From Phoronis australis (Eukaryota; Animalia; Phoronida), in the NCBI GenBank assembly GCA_002633005.1, contig NMRA01000322.1:434001-498000 (forward strand): a stretch of 64,000 bases of DNA. Reading direction: 5' to 3'. Below are positions 50,508-62,883 of the stretch, in pieces; position 1 is the stretch's first letter, and every line of letters starts with the position of its first letter. The notes beneath the pieces were generated by a model. The model had not been told where the DNA came from. It saw only the letters and a program-made list of their open reading frames with translations, and did not search any database. Both the position numbers and the translations under genes were made by a program.

Positions 50508-51157
50508 TCATTTTCTTGATCTGGTCCCTGGTTCACCTCTACACTGAGTAGAATTACTGTCGTTACTGCCTTCTTCCTGGCACACCACTCTTCCCCCATC
50601 GGACAGATGACCCCGTCCTCTGTGCACTTGTTGATCTGCTTGCAAGACCTCCTCCTGCATCGATCTCCCAGTCAAGCTCGACCGGGGACTTGATGACCCT
50701 TCAGACTGATAACATGGTTGTCCGTACACCTGCTTCTCCTCAGTGTCTTCCATTTCATCAGTCTGCGGAGGATTTACCTCCTGTTGACCAGGTGAAATGA
50801 CCCCCACCTCTTGCACCTGTCCCCCAGCTAAACTCGATGAGGAACTTGGCAGCTCTTCATAAGACTCTATTTGCGGGTCCATCATCAGTCTACGATCTTC
50901 ATCATTTTGTGGGTCATTTGGTTCTGGTGGTAGTGGTTCTCTGATGGTACCAGGATCGTGTTTGACAACTCCTACACATATATTGTTTATGGTTGGTATA
51001 TTTTCGATCTTGCAACGTAGAATTTCTTCATTGTTTATCTTGTTCAATTCCATGAAGTTCTTTAAAGTCTTATCATCATAACTGTGTTCCATATCACTTT
51101 TCTCTTTACTTTGAGTGTGTCCGTTTATGATAAGCTGTGTTTTTCTATTATGACCAT
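50508..51157 (-). CDS. Uncharacterised gene, terminal exon (low-complexity, acidic)
   Basis: ttttattttccag| phase-1 acceptor; open for 650 nt to TGA (includes the 194-aa ORF); internal repeat SSSLAGGQVQE / RSSLTGRSMQE. Confidence 0.8.
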
Positions 51158-52287
51158 CTGGAAAATAAAATTTTGAATATATTTATGTATAAATACCATT
51201 CATGCAATTTTCTTTTTTCATGTATTACAAAATGCACATTGATTGTTACAGTAATTATCACAAAATTATCATTTTTCAAAGGCTGATTAATTTATTACCA
51301 GTAAAGGAAAATTTACCAGAAGTTAATTTATGACTCCTACACAGTGCAAACCATGGTAGCAATGGACTAAAATTTTCATAATCTTTGTTTCTTTGAGAAA
51401 TTGACAGAATGAAGGTTGGTCATAAGTGAAAAATTATTGTAAGTACTGTGCAGTAAGATGCTGCTAGGTTGCTATTGTACTTGTAGCTTCTTTTGTTTTT
51501 GATTTTTGTATACCTACTTCTGTTGAGAACTTTCTCACTTATTATACCATATGCGAAATGGGCAAAGGTTCATCATAGCGCTCTCACCTAATCAATCAGT
51601 TTTATTAAGCACTACATAGATTTTCCTCTACACTTTCTTTGAAATAGCAAAGTTCAAATAGGTAGCTGTTTATTTTTGCAATCTAATGATACTTGGTACA
51701 CAAAAAATAGCAAAACTGTCTTTGATTCAGGTAATCCTGTACCAGCTGTTGGGTTTAGAGGAATTCTCAGCCTGCCTTCTATCACAAAAATAAAGTTTGA
51801 CTTGGATAATTTGCCATTATGAAATTTGCCTGAAAATTTTTCTCATTCAGGTGAGGTGATTTCAGGGCTTTGAAAAAACTGACAGGTCATTATTACTAGG
51901 CTAGCGTGTCGCGTGTAATTTTATCCGCTAAGCATAGTCTTTGCAAACCCTAAAACATTTCCTTTCTAAATAAAGAACAGATTGAGACCAACGTTATGGT
52001 GGTTTGAATCTAATTGGACTTAATATAGGTCTGAAGTGACTTTAACACAATTTTGTCCCTATTATCTGAATAGTAAGCATTCCAAGCTTGTGCTGTATTA
52101 TAGTGTACAATCCCCCACCTTATTTATTGGCCTCTATTTTAACTCGTATATCAAAAAACTAAGAATATATATTTTCTGAAAGAAAAACGATTAGGGAACA
52201 TGAAAATACTTGTATTAATATACCATTATTGTTTTTACGTAAAAACCTTTTTTAAGTCAAAATTCTATTTTTTAGAAAGGTACATTC

Positions 52288-52654
52288 ATAGCAAAATAAC
52301 CTCGGTCGGTTTTAATGAAACTTTTTTAAATGAAAATGTAATCACTAATTACCTCAAAAAACGCTGCTAGGAATTTTCAATTAGTCTTTTCGTTTGGTTT
52401 CTATGACAAATCAACTCGCAAATCAACTCGCAAAACATAAGGTATCTCTGTGAAACGGAAATCGTATTCGTCTTTGTTACATTACGCAAAAAATAGGCCT
52501 TTATATCGAAAATCCTAAGAGTGTTTTTGAGACTGATGACTAAATATCAAATTTGGAAAGTTTCAGCGAAATCCATCAAGCCGTTTTTTTGATCTCGTGT
52601 TCCTAAGTTCAAATAAAGTCGATTTGCCGAAGCCGAGAAAAAGACGATTAAACG
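52288..52654 (+). repeat. Second copy of the 4659-4996 interspersed repeat
   Basis: Direct sequence similarity. Confidence 0.8.
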
Positions 52655-53363
52655 TTCCAACAAGTGAATATCTCAAAGTTTTCAGTTAATTGTTCAGTGA
52701 AACCTTGTTTTTGGTACACATAACCTATACAAGCCTTAACTATGTTCGCTATTTCAACATTCACTCGCAATGTCAACTGATTTTGTAGTGCTTAATTGTC
52801 ATTAAAACGTACCATTCCAAGCTAACTACTGATGTTTGCGACCATTTGATCTACTTTTATATGTAAATAGGTCACAATCCATTGTTATATAAATAGCCTG
52901 TACACGTCAGGTGCTGGGTGACTGATACAAAACCACGTAAGAAATGGATAACAAAAATCGAATCGGTGGTTAAAGCGTTTCGTTAGCATGAGACCAAAAC
53001 ATTGAAATGTTAATTAATTAATTGAATGAAGGAATTAGGGTGAGGATTTATCTTTTTCCACAATTTACTGTGTTCATGACCACAGAGGCCTGAGGCAACA
53101 GTAGCATGCATTCTCAATGCCAACGGTCGTATGCATTGTGGACACACAACTCCCTTAGCATCAAAACTATGTTTTTTCTTTGTTTTCCAAGGCACCATTC
53201 TACCATAAGTACTCCTCGTTTACTCAATGTTGTGGCGATTTTGTGAATGAAAGGACTGAGGGTATACGAAGCTGTTCTGCACCTGGCGGGAGATTCGATT
53301 TGATTGAAAGCCCTTTGACCTTTGACCTCGGATAAGTAGAAAACAAGTTTTCTTCGGGCATTA

Positions 53364-53814
53364 TCAAGGTACCTAAACTACACGGTCAACGGACTCGTAA
53401 ACACGGGCAGACACATGAACACGAATCACGGACCTGCAAACACCGTCCACTGACTCACAAATACGGGAACGGACTCGCAAAACATGATCCACGCACCCAA
53501 ATACATGGGACACGGACTCATATTCACGAGGAAACACGGTTAACAGACCGCCAAACACGGGTCACGGACTCATCGGCTTCCTGGGTCAGCTGACATCTCC
53601 ATTTTGTCCGTAAACCGTGTTTTGCAGTCCGTTAACTGTGTTTCCTCGTGAATATGAGTCCGTGTCCCAAGTATTTAGGTGCGTGGATCGTGTTTTGTGA
53701 GTCCGTTCCCGTGTTTGTGAGTCAGTGGACGATGTTTGCAGGTCCGTGAGTCGTGTTCATGCGTCCGTAGGCCGTGTTTATGAGTCCGTTAACCGTGTAG
53801 TTTAGGTACCTTGA
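53364..53814. mobile_element. Foldback MITE (nearly full-length palindrome of ~20-bp subrepeats); sister copy at 57297-57729
   Basis: TCAAGGTACCTAAACTACACGGT...ACCGTGTAGTTTAGGTACCTTGA; arms built of aaacacgg/cggactc units. Confidence 0.88.
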
Positions 53815-53859
53815 TTATGTACTATCTGTTCTTAAATTCCCTTACAAAATAATACCTAC

Positions 53860-53991
53860 CCTCATATGATTGAAGCCTTGTATTTTGTATGCTGTCATAC
53901 TGATAATTTTTGTTGCCGCCATGAGCATAGTTTCTGTTTTTTCTCTGTTTAGATTGAGTGCAGCTGGTTAAGTTGATACTGGTGTAAAGAC
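53860..53991 (-). CDS. Uncharacterised gene, internal exon (phase 1-1)
   Basis: ttttgcag|(G)LYTSINLTSCTQSKQRKNRNYAHGGNKNYQYDSIQNTRLQSYE|gtaggt; 132 nt. Confidence 0.7.
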
Positions 53992-54386
53992 CTGCAAAAA
54001 GAGACCAAAACAAAATGTATGATCTTTCAATTAGCTGTGACAGGACAGCTCATAAAATCCAACAATGATAAAATTCTTCCCTGCCATTTCACTTACTGTA
54101 ATTTTGGTGTTAAGATCCTCATCTTTGCCAATTTTTTTCTGCTTACAAATACAAAATGGATTTTATGAGTGAAACCCAAAGGAAGAAAGTTGAAGTATTA
54201 TGCATATAAAAACAAAGATTGTTGTTTGTCGTGTCAATTGCTCGCATTTTGAATTGTCAATGAATTGGTACAGCTTTTCGTGGTGTTTATTGCATTGGCG
54301 ATGTTTATGACTTAGGCTGTTGCCAAGTCTACGCGGATCAGAAAAGGCAATTAGTAATTCGCAACTCTTATGAACAGATTTTGTAC

Positions 54387-54503
54387 CTGGTTTCTGATAC
54401 CCATCTTGTTTCTGTTCTATGGTGAGGCTATCGTTAGCAGAGCTTGTGTCTGATGGTGGAGTCACTTTGTCTCTTGTCTTTGATTTAGAAGGTGTTCTTT
54501 TGG
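54387..54503 (-). CDS. Uncharacterised gene, internal exon (phase 1-1, duplicated type)
   Basis: ccattttgcag|KRTPSKSKTRDKVTPPSDTSSANDSLTIEQKQDGYQKP|gtacaa; 117 nt. Confidence 0.72.
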
Positions 54504-55353
54504 CTGCAAAATGGAAGTGTAGCAACTACATTAAGATGGTGACCTGCTGAGCTTGTTTACCAAAGCTTCACTGTAATATATGCCTCCTTATTTTGCCACC
54601 TTATTTCCAGGTTACAAGTACAGGGGACTCTATGAATAAAGTTTAATGACTTGATGCTACATCCAAGAAGAAGGTCGAAATATTTTGTGCCTGGAAACAA
54701 AAAATGTTGTTTCACAGAGACTTGATAACTCTTCATTGTTTGTAATATCATTAATGGTGCTCATGGTATACAGTGTTCTTCACCACATATTTTGCGCATT
54801 GATTTGTTTGGCAGCACTTGCGACATGTTTGAATGGCCAGAGCTTCGTTTGAAAAAAATAGTGACCTGTTTGGAAAAAGGCATCACTGCCATTCAATGCT
54901 CTCCACGACTGATTTGGAAAAATTATGCACTCACTAATTGATTTGAAAAAGAATTCCTTTACTCATTTTAGACTTAAACATTCAAATTAACCCACTGGGC
55001 GCTTAACCCAGTGATGGCCGCTTAAATTGGAAATTTCAAGAAATTGTGGTGGACAATTACTCATACATGGGTGCTTAACTGGCCACTCAGTGCATTTGAA
55101 ACTAAAGTCCGAAGACTCAAAGTTCAAAAGATTTGGTGGAAGTTGCTGCTGGGAAGTTAAACCTACATCTGTGTTTGAGTAGCAAAATATGCAACTTAAA
55201 ATAGAAGGAAATACATGCAAAATTAGATATGTGCAAACTGCCTGATTTGTTCACCCTGCTCAAATTTTGCAACGCAAAACTTCCTCAAAGCATTGTATGC
55301 CCTTGCTAAATTATGTATTGATGTGCAGGAATGATGCAGTGCAAATTTCATAC

Positions 55354-55452
55354 GTTGTTTTTGATGCCCATCTTTTTTCTGTTCTTTGATGAGTTTGCTG
55401 TCTGATGGTGGAGCCACCTTGTCTCTTGACTGTGATCTTGGTGTTGTATTGC
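55354..55452 (-). CDS. Uncharacterised gene, internal exon (phase 1-1, paralogous to 54387-54503)
   Basis: ccatttctgcag|NTTPRSQSRDKVAPPSDSKLIKEQKKDGHQKQ|gtatga; 99 nt. Confidence 0.72.
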
Positions 55453-55639
55453 CTGCAGAAATGGAACTATTTTAAACAGCAATTTTAAGACATTGAAAAT
55501 ATTAATTTATTCACAGAGGCTTCTGATGTGTTGTTTCCGCAACACTTCTCTCCCTGTATGCTAACTTTCGTATGCAATTTTCGTCACTTCATGTGTCAGG
55601 AATATATGTAGCCTGTGCCCTAGGTGCGAAAACCAAGTA

Positions 55640-56216
55640 ACTAAACTACTACAGATATCAGTAATTACAAAAGTTATATAACGTGTTGAACTGTAAAGGT
55701 GGGTGACAATCTGCCTCCAATGAAGGTATACACAAGTGGTGAATAGTAAGTTAAGAAACAACATGCGGAAAATAACAGCAACACCGGGACAGCGACATGT
55801 GAAATTTGAGTATAAAGAGAAAGAATGAAAATTGGTTTGAGGGAGGGAGGGAAAGAGAAATTGAGTGAAAAATGAAAGTTGGAGAGAATTGTGGACGATG
55901 GCCCAGTGTTGCAACAAGACAAAGAGATCACGTGGTACAATTGAACCAATAATCGTAAAACAAAGAGGGTCACTGACCTGAGAATCCAAACCATATGATA
56001 ATGAGGACGAGGCAGTATAGCTTACATAGAATAATTTAATACTTAAATAGTTTTTATATGCGCTAACTGCGAAGCGATACCGAAGCTAGTTTACAGTGAA
56101 ACAACATGTGTAGTTGAGATAAAAGGTCATATATATTATGACAAACTAAACTACTACAGATATCAGTAATTACAAAAGTTATATAACATGTTGAACTGTA
56201 AAGGTGGGTGACAATC
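55640..56216 (+). repeat. Second copy of the A-B-A repeat element
   Basis: Directly similar to 47710-48300. Confidence 0.8.
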
Positions 56217-57296
56217 AATTCAAGGGCAACTGCACATACCCTATTGAATGGATTTACCATAGGATCGCGTGCAGCTCTGTGAATCTGAGATTACCTACAA
56301 TGGAGCTTTGCAAAGGAGTGCAAAAAGTTGGTCTATCATGGTTTCATGTATCAGACTAATGGGTGTCACCTTACGTAAGTAACAAATGTATGAATGGGTG
56401 TTTTGTAGAGACTTTTCTTTACCACATTTGCAATACTTTTTTGTACATTTCAAATTACCATTTTAACTACGGTCATTGATAAATGACATTTATTTTTGTC
56501 ATTTGTATTGAACATTGACGGTGCGTAAGCAAAGCTCCATTGGCATGGAGAGTTTGGTTTGCGAGAACGGTCATTAATTAGGACTCAACTATGGAAATAT
56601 TAGAAAATTGCAAGTCTCTGGTAAGGTGGGCATAAAAACACCAAATTAGTAACACATCACAAACACAAAGCGAACGGAACATAAAACGTAATTTAGTGGA
56701 AACAATTGACATATGGTAAAAACTAAGTTACCCACTAGTTGAGCATTACATTTCAAGCCTGCATATCAGGCCCTTGATCCCATGACTGATCTTAAACTAT
56801 AGCAGTGGGTGACCACTTATTTTCATCTGGCCACACCATCAATATGAGCAATACTCGAATTTTATCCAGAGAGGAACATTGGCACTTCCGTAAAATCAAA
56901 GAGGCCATTTACCCGAAAAGGTGCTACCCCCGCACTTAACCGGAACCAGGGACTGCAACTTCCATTTATGGCAAGGTGTTACTTCCAGTTCCACAACACA
57001 AGGGTTGGGAGATAATCATGTGATCAAGAGCCAGAGCTGTAGGCTTGAAACGTTATGCTTAAAGCCAAACTTCAACAGAATTTTGTTTTTTAGATGTATT
57101 GGGCAACCAGATAATCCTAGCAAAGCCTTAGTAAAATAAGAAAACGTGATTCAATCATGCAAATGTAAGCCTGTCAAATGATAGTTGAAGCTGCCTTTTC
57201 GTGCCTTGTTGCACCACTGCACTGGCAGATCCCAGCACAAACAACAAAAGGCCAATAACAATTGTATTGAATAAGGGTCTGAATAGAACAATATTA

Positions 57297-57729
57297 TCAA
57301 GGTACCTAAACTACACGGTCACGGACCCATGAATACGACTCACGGACCTGCAAACACCGTCCACTGACTCACAAACACGGGAACGGACTCACAAAACACG
57401 ATCTATTAACCCAAATACACGGGACACAGACTCAAATTCACGAAGAAACACGGTTAACGGACCACCAAACACGGTTTACAGACAAAATATAGATGTCAGC
57501 TGACCCAGGAAGCCGATGAGTCTGCGACCCGTGTTTGGCAGTCCGTTAACCATGTTTCCTCGTGAATATGAGTCCGTGTCCCGTGTATTTGGGTGAATGG
57601 ATCATGTTTTGTGAGTCCGTTCCCGTGTTTGTGAGTCAGTGGACGGTGTTTGCAGGTCCGTGAGTCGTGTTCATGCGACCGTGATCGTGTTTATGAGTCC
57701 GTTAACCATGTAGTTTAAAGGTACCTTGA
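57297..57729. mobile_element. Foldback MITE, same family as 53364-53814, opposite orientation
   Basis: Same TIR. The central spacer (gtcagctgacccaggaagccgatgagtc) is the reverse complement of that in the first copy. Confidence 0.88.
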
Positions 57730-58634
57730 ATATGTGCTGTGGTGTTATTCACAGCTGTTTAACTTAAAAGGTGATTCTGGCTGTGATGTAGACAAAAGCA
57801 AGCCAATACACCTAACGGTTCCTTACATTTGGCAATTGATGGCATTAGTTGAGTCCGAGTGTCATTGCTCTTAACATGCTGTAGGAACCAAATTTACATG
57901 TGTTATCGTTAAAGCTGGGCTCTGACTAAATGTCTCGTAGTAAGTAACTTCTCTCATTTTTACCGTCATCATAGGAGTCAGCAATGAATGATGAATGCTT
58001 TTAACTTGAAATAAGGATGGTTGAGATTGGTCTAATATACAAAAAAGCATCTACATGGTATTAACAAAGAGTGAGACAGATATAAAACGACACTACAAAC
58101 ATAGTCAATTGAAATATCGACAGTACCATCCAAGACAAAGAATATACCTTTTCCTCATCTTCTTGCTCTTAAAAGTAGCTTGTGATCACGTAATATACAA
58201 AAATATGAGCAACATGAAATCTTTTCTTAGCAAATTAATGTGCAATTTCTTATTTGTCATGTGGAATAAAATTGGGTACCCATGATGAGTGCAAAAAAAT
58301 TATATAAGACAGGGTTATTGTGTAGTTGTCTCAGAGCCAGATTTTTGTATTCACGTAAACACTGTAACCCTTACAAAATAAGAACATTTCATTATTAAAA
58401 AGTTTGTCAGTCACCTTTGTTGTATCCACTCATTGATGAAGAGATTTTGCACATAACTGGCTTCATGTCGTTGAATGTATACAAACTGATTCAAGTTTGT
58501 CATAATTTTGTCTGTATTACTTTTAGCTACCTCAATTTTATTTCATAAAACAGTAAAGTATAGTCTGGAAAGCTTGCGTTTTAATCATTTCTGTGAATAG
58601 ATTCCATACTATATCGTTTTATAGTGAAAAATGA

Positions 58635-58665
58635 TGTGTGCGTGTGTGTGTGCGTGTGTGTGTGT
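58635..58665. repeat. (TG)n microsatellite, interrupted
   Basis: tgtgtgcgtgtgtgtgtgcgtgtgtgtgtgt. Confidence 0.9.
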
Positions 58666-58687
58666 ATGGTATATTAAAATGCATTAC

Positions 58688-58792
58688 CTGATTTTTGCCC
58701 ATTGTCTTTTTCCGTTGTTACTAAGCTGGAGTTTCCCAATCTTTCATTGGTTGGTTGGCCTTGCCCATTGCCTTTATCTTTGCTCTTTAAAC
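58688..58792 (-). CDS. Uncharacterised gene, internal exon (phase 1-1)
   Basis: aagcag|(G)LKSKDKGNGQGQPTNERLGNSSLVTTEKDNGQKS|gtaatg; 105 nt; 3' half resembles the two duplicated exons. Confidence 0.65.
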
Positions 58793-60702
58793 CTGCTTAA
58801 ATAAATATTCTCGACTAAGAACGAAACTTAGGTCTCGGAAAACTATGAAAAGACTATACTCCCTCTTTGTTTAAATATGAAAGTGAGCTATCTGCTAATT
58901 TAGCCATTTGTTTGTTGTTTTTGATAGACTATTAAAGTTCCATTTCAATCTAGAAAAAAAGTCAATTGTGGGAATAGCTTTTGATAAGTTACATTTGTTA
59001 TGGTACTTAAATTTTATGTGTTGACAATATTTTTGAAGTCGCACGGTTTCTGTTCATTTGTTGACTGTTACCTTTCCTTGCTACCTGATTATCTCAATAA
59101 TACCTTGACGAATTTTGCTGAAACGGGTATGAGGAGGGAATGTGCTCGCACCAATCCATTTCGTTCTGATTCATCTACTGTAATACACCCTGGTTGCTGT
59201 TTTAGTTTGCTACAAGAAATTCCTTATCTGTAAAGTAATTTTGCTAAATACTTGCTGCTGAAGTATGTGGGAGTGTGCTATTGTGATGGAGTCGTCATCC
59301 ATTTGGTCCAAACCTATTGTATTCCTTGCTGTGACTTCCACTGTATCACCTATCCAAAGTTGGACTTCCTCTGTAGAAGGTGGGTTTTGCCTAGTTATTT
59401 CTTGCAAGAATTGACCAGCAGCTGGGAGAATCGCGTTCCCCTCAATTCGATGCAACAGCTGACCAGCAGCTGGGAGAGTGGCCTTCTCATAAATCCGGTG
59501 CAAAAGTTGATCAGCAGTAGTATCTCCTTCTTCTTAATCCAAGCTCCTTCGACATCTCTAGTGTTTTCATAATACTAATTCCAAATCTCCACACGTTTTT
59601 GGAGAGTTGCATATCAGCAGCCAACACTGTCTTTTCTCTAGTCGAACATTTCAATTGGAGGTATTTAAAATGTACACTGAACTCGTGTGACCTCACTTTT
59701 TGACACTTCTTAGTGTGTCTTTCCTTCCAGTTTATCACCAAAGTCCTCCAAAGTATTCATAGTAATCTCAGAATAGCTAACAAAAGGTTATAAGTTCATT
59801 TAATAATACCAATACCAATTCTAATATCAATTCTACATAGTTAAATACTGCTAACATGTGTTCTGGTGTGACCTAATTTTAGGTGACACCTGTTGTCCAG
59901 TTGAATAAGCTATTTTTTATTTGCCTCCAGATGTCAGTCAAAATCAAAATTATCTTTATTAAGCATATCAAATTGCTCACTGGTTCCCTGTGTGTCGCTA
60001 GGTGGTAGAAAAAACGGTATAATTTAATTCTCCACCGGAAATTTTTTTACACTGTCGTTTCTGATTGGCTGGTCGAATTCTTAACAGATTGCGCTTTACG
60101 CAAACTGGCATGACTGATAAAGGAGGAGTAAATGTGGTCTGTTATACAGACAAATCGGTGCTTAATTTTTGTTCAAGAAATGTGAATCACAGAAATTGTG
60201 GTTGCTCCTTTTCAGAGTGCATCTTTCTACAGCTGTCACTTACTTTTGTTTATGTTGCTGTCCTGTATTCATAATATGAATGACAGGCAGTTTAAATAGG
60301 CCAGATATGTGTTTCTTGTACGTGTATGTCAGTGTGCTTCAAGTAAGCAGCTATTAAACATCACTGCAGAAACGAAATAGTTCATGCTGCTACGCCACTT
60401 GCATGACATGGTTAAGAATTGTTCATAAAAGTCCGCCATTTCCTCTCTGATGCAAAGCTAAGCAATGACTGCTGAGGTTACCTACTGGATGATATACCTG
60501 CATCACCTGCATGTAATCTCTACATACAGGGAACCACAGAGATCGTATTGCTCCTTTGCAGATTTAAGTGCAAAATTTTAAGGTTAGAATGACAATGTAG
60601 ATTAGTCATTCAGATTAGCAAGCTGGTTGACTCCATGAAATTTTGCTATGAAAAGAATTAAGAAGTAATGGTTTACACTGTTCTTGCGCAAAAATGGTGT
60701 TT

Positions 60703-60708
60703 TGTATA

Positions 60709-60755
<47 letters not shown>

Positions 60756-60758
60756 ATA
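60703..60758. repeat. (TATATG)n microsatellite
   Basis: Tandem tatatg units. Confidence 0.95.
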
Positions 60759-60762
60759 GTTA

Positions 60763-62177
60763 CCGTATTCGCCGTAATAACCGCCCATGCCCCTATAAGC
60801 GCCCCCCCACGCGTTTTCAGACTTTGCTGGAATAAGCGCCCAGTCCATGAACGTGTACATGCGAACAATGACGTACCTTCAGTTCTAAAACTTGGCTACA
60901 GTAACGTCTTCAATTTATCAAAAAAGTTTTGCACCTGTCTTCTATACCACCAGCGGCACTGCTACGTTTGTATTTAGCCGTGACAATACACTTCAAAGTA
61001 ACACAGCGCTTCAAAAAGAACGCAACAGCGTTGCTACTTTCGCGAGGACCATGTCCCACTATGGTCTGACCTTACAGTACACATCGACTGTCTCATGAAT
61101 AAAAATAACTCAGTGTTGAACGCACGTGGCCAGAAAGCGCGCGCTACATATATGAACCTAGCTGTCATCAAAGACATTAGTCGGGAACTATCCATTCATG
61201 AAGCGGGTAGCATAGCATCGGTAAGAAATGAATATTGGCCCTAATTTCCTACAATTTCTAATACTATAAGACATGTTTGCGTTATTTTTTAGATGGATTG
61301 TTTGATTAACCATAATTGGTGTTTTTAAGCCGAATATCCGATAAAATGACAACTTACAGCGAATGCTTACACACCCTTACACCGAAAAATAACTGTCAGA
61401 ACAGTTACGTACGCATCCAGCTACACGGCGACTAATATCCGGGCCTTACCGAAACAAATGTCGAAAGTTTATAGCACGAGACCGACAAGTGCTGAATGAA
61501 ACACGCTCTGGTTTAGGCCTACTGCTTGTGCAAATTTCTTTAGACACAATGCACATCTAGCTCGTTAGATTGCGTGGCTCTGGCCAAAAGACAAATGAAC
61601 TCTGGTTACACGCACGCGCTCGCTTACTTGCAGACGAACTTCAAAACAAACGTCACGTGACAACAACATGTGTGTTCGTCCAGACATTTTTCTCGCCGTG
61701 TTGCCGATCATACATATAGATGGCACGATGTTGCGCAGATTTGTACTTAAAACTGCCGTAAATCTAGACTCCACGGGAACTTAAAAAAGTCATAGGGACG
61801 CTACTTAGAAAACTTAATGAGGATTTCAGGTAATTTGCTTGAGTCGAAACTATTTTTATTCAAGCATTGAAGTCGCCATATCCAAGACGGCGATTTTGAG
61901 GCAGTCAGTCGGCAAGTTTTCGCCCTGGGATTCCCCTGAGCACGATTTTCTGTAAAATGATCATAATTTAGCAGCTAAGTTTGATAGCAATGCACCACAG
62001 TTTTGTTGGAAGTCTTTCATAGATTACAGATACGTCAAAGAACGTAAATTTGATGAATCTTAGCTTCCGATTTCACCCGTTTCGGAGACCGGGTTTCAAC
62101 CGCCTTGGGTTATAATAAGCGCCCCCCTTAAACCGAACTTTTCTAAGCGCCCTGGGCGGTTATTACGGCGAATACGG
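60763..62177. mobile_element. Non-autonomous Tc1/mariner-pogo-type element, TA TSD
   Basis: TA|CCGTATTCGCCGTAATAACCGCCCA...TGGGCGGTTATTACGGCGAATACGG|TA, with taagcgccc subterminal repeats at both ends. Confidence 0.9.
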
Positions 62178-62749
62178 TAACTGCCTTAGAACAAAGCGAA
62201 TTATGCTTGATGTTTGGTAAAATTAGCCTAACTTGTTATAATCGTCTCTCATTAGTGCTACAAGAACAATCATTTAGATGTCATCTGGGACTTGTGGTTC
62301 CAAGCACCATGTAAGTGAATGTCATGTTTGTCATCAGATATGAAGTGAAGGAAATTAGTTGTTGTCCAGCTGGGTTATCAAATACATCAGCAAACTGAAA
62401 GCTGCAATCAAATCGCAGGCGAGTATAAACCATGTCCTGCAGTTGCCAAGATTTTGCGTTTGATCAAAAATCGATTTTAGGTACACATGGCAACGTGTGT
62501 GTTCCAAAGTTATGCCCTGCCTATTCTGTACCATGATAGGACATGATTTTAGTATACAAAAAAGCTTCAATTTTTGGTGGTTTGGCCAAATCCAAGTTGC
62601 TTATTCAAAGCGGTGTGTGAGCAACAATTCATGATCAGATAAGTGTGGTAATGTTTTTAAAACCCCATACCACTATGGTTTAGGATTCAACATTGACAAC
62701 CAGGGGTAAAATGCCCCATTAATTATGAAAATTCTTTGTTTTCCCTTAC

Positions 62750-62883
62750 CCTGCTGAGTGGCATCCATCGTTGTGGATGTTGTGTTGGACGTCTCTGGTT
62801 TGTGGGCATCATTGGATAGGACATCCTTGGTTTGGGTATAATCCGGGTCCACCACGGGTCCTTTGAGTGCGTCATATCTGGCA
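62750..62883 (-). CDS. Uncharacterised gene, most 5' exon recognised (alternative acceptor gives start at 62877)
   Basis: ttttcag|...ARYDALKGPVVDPDYTQTKDVLSNDAHKPETSNTTSTTMDATQQ(G)|gtaagg ends in phase 1, compatible with the downstream exons; GC-richer than its flanks. Confidence 0.65.

Noticed and set aside
60602-60977. ORFs with TY, YI and VY dipeptide runs
   Set aside because: They are translations of the (TATATG)n microsatellite and the adjacent MITE end.
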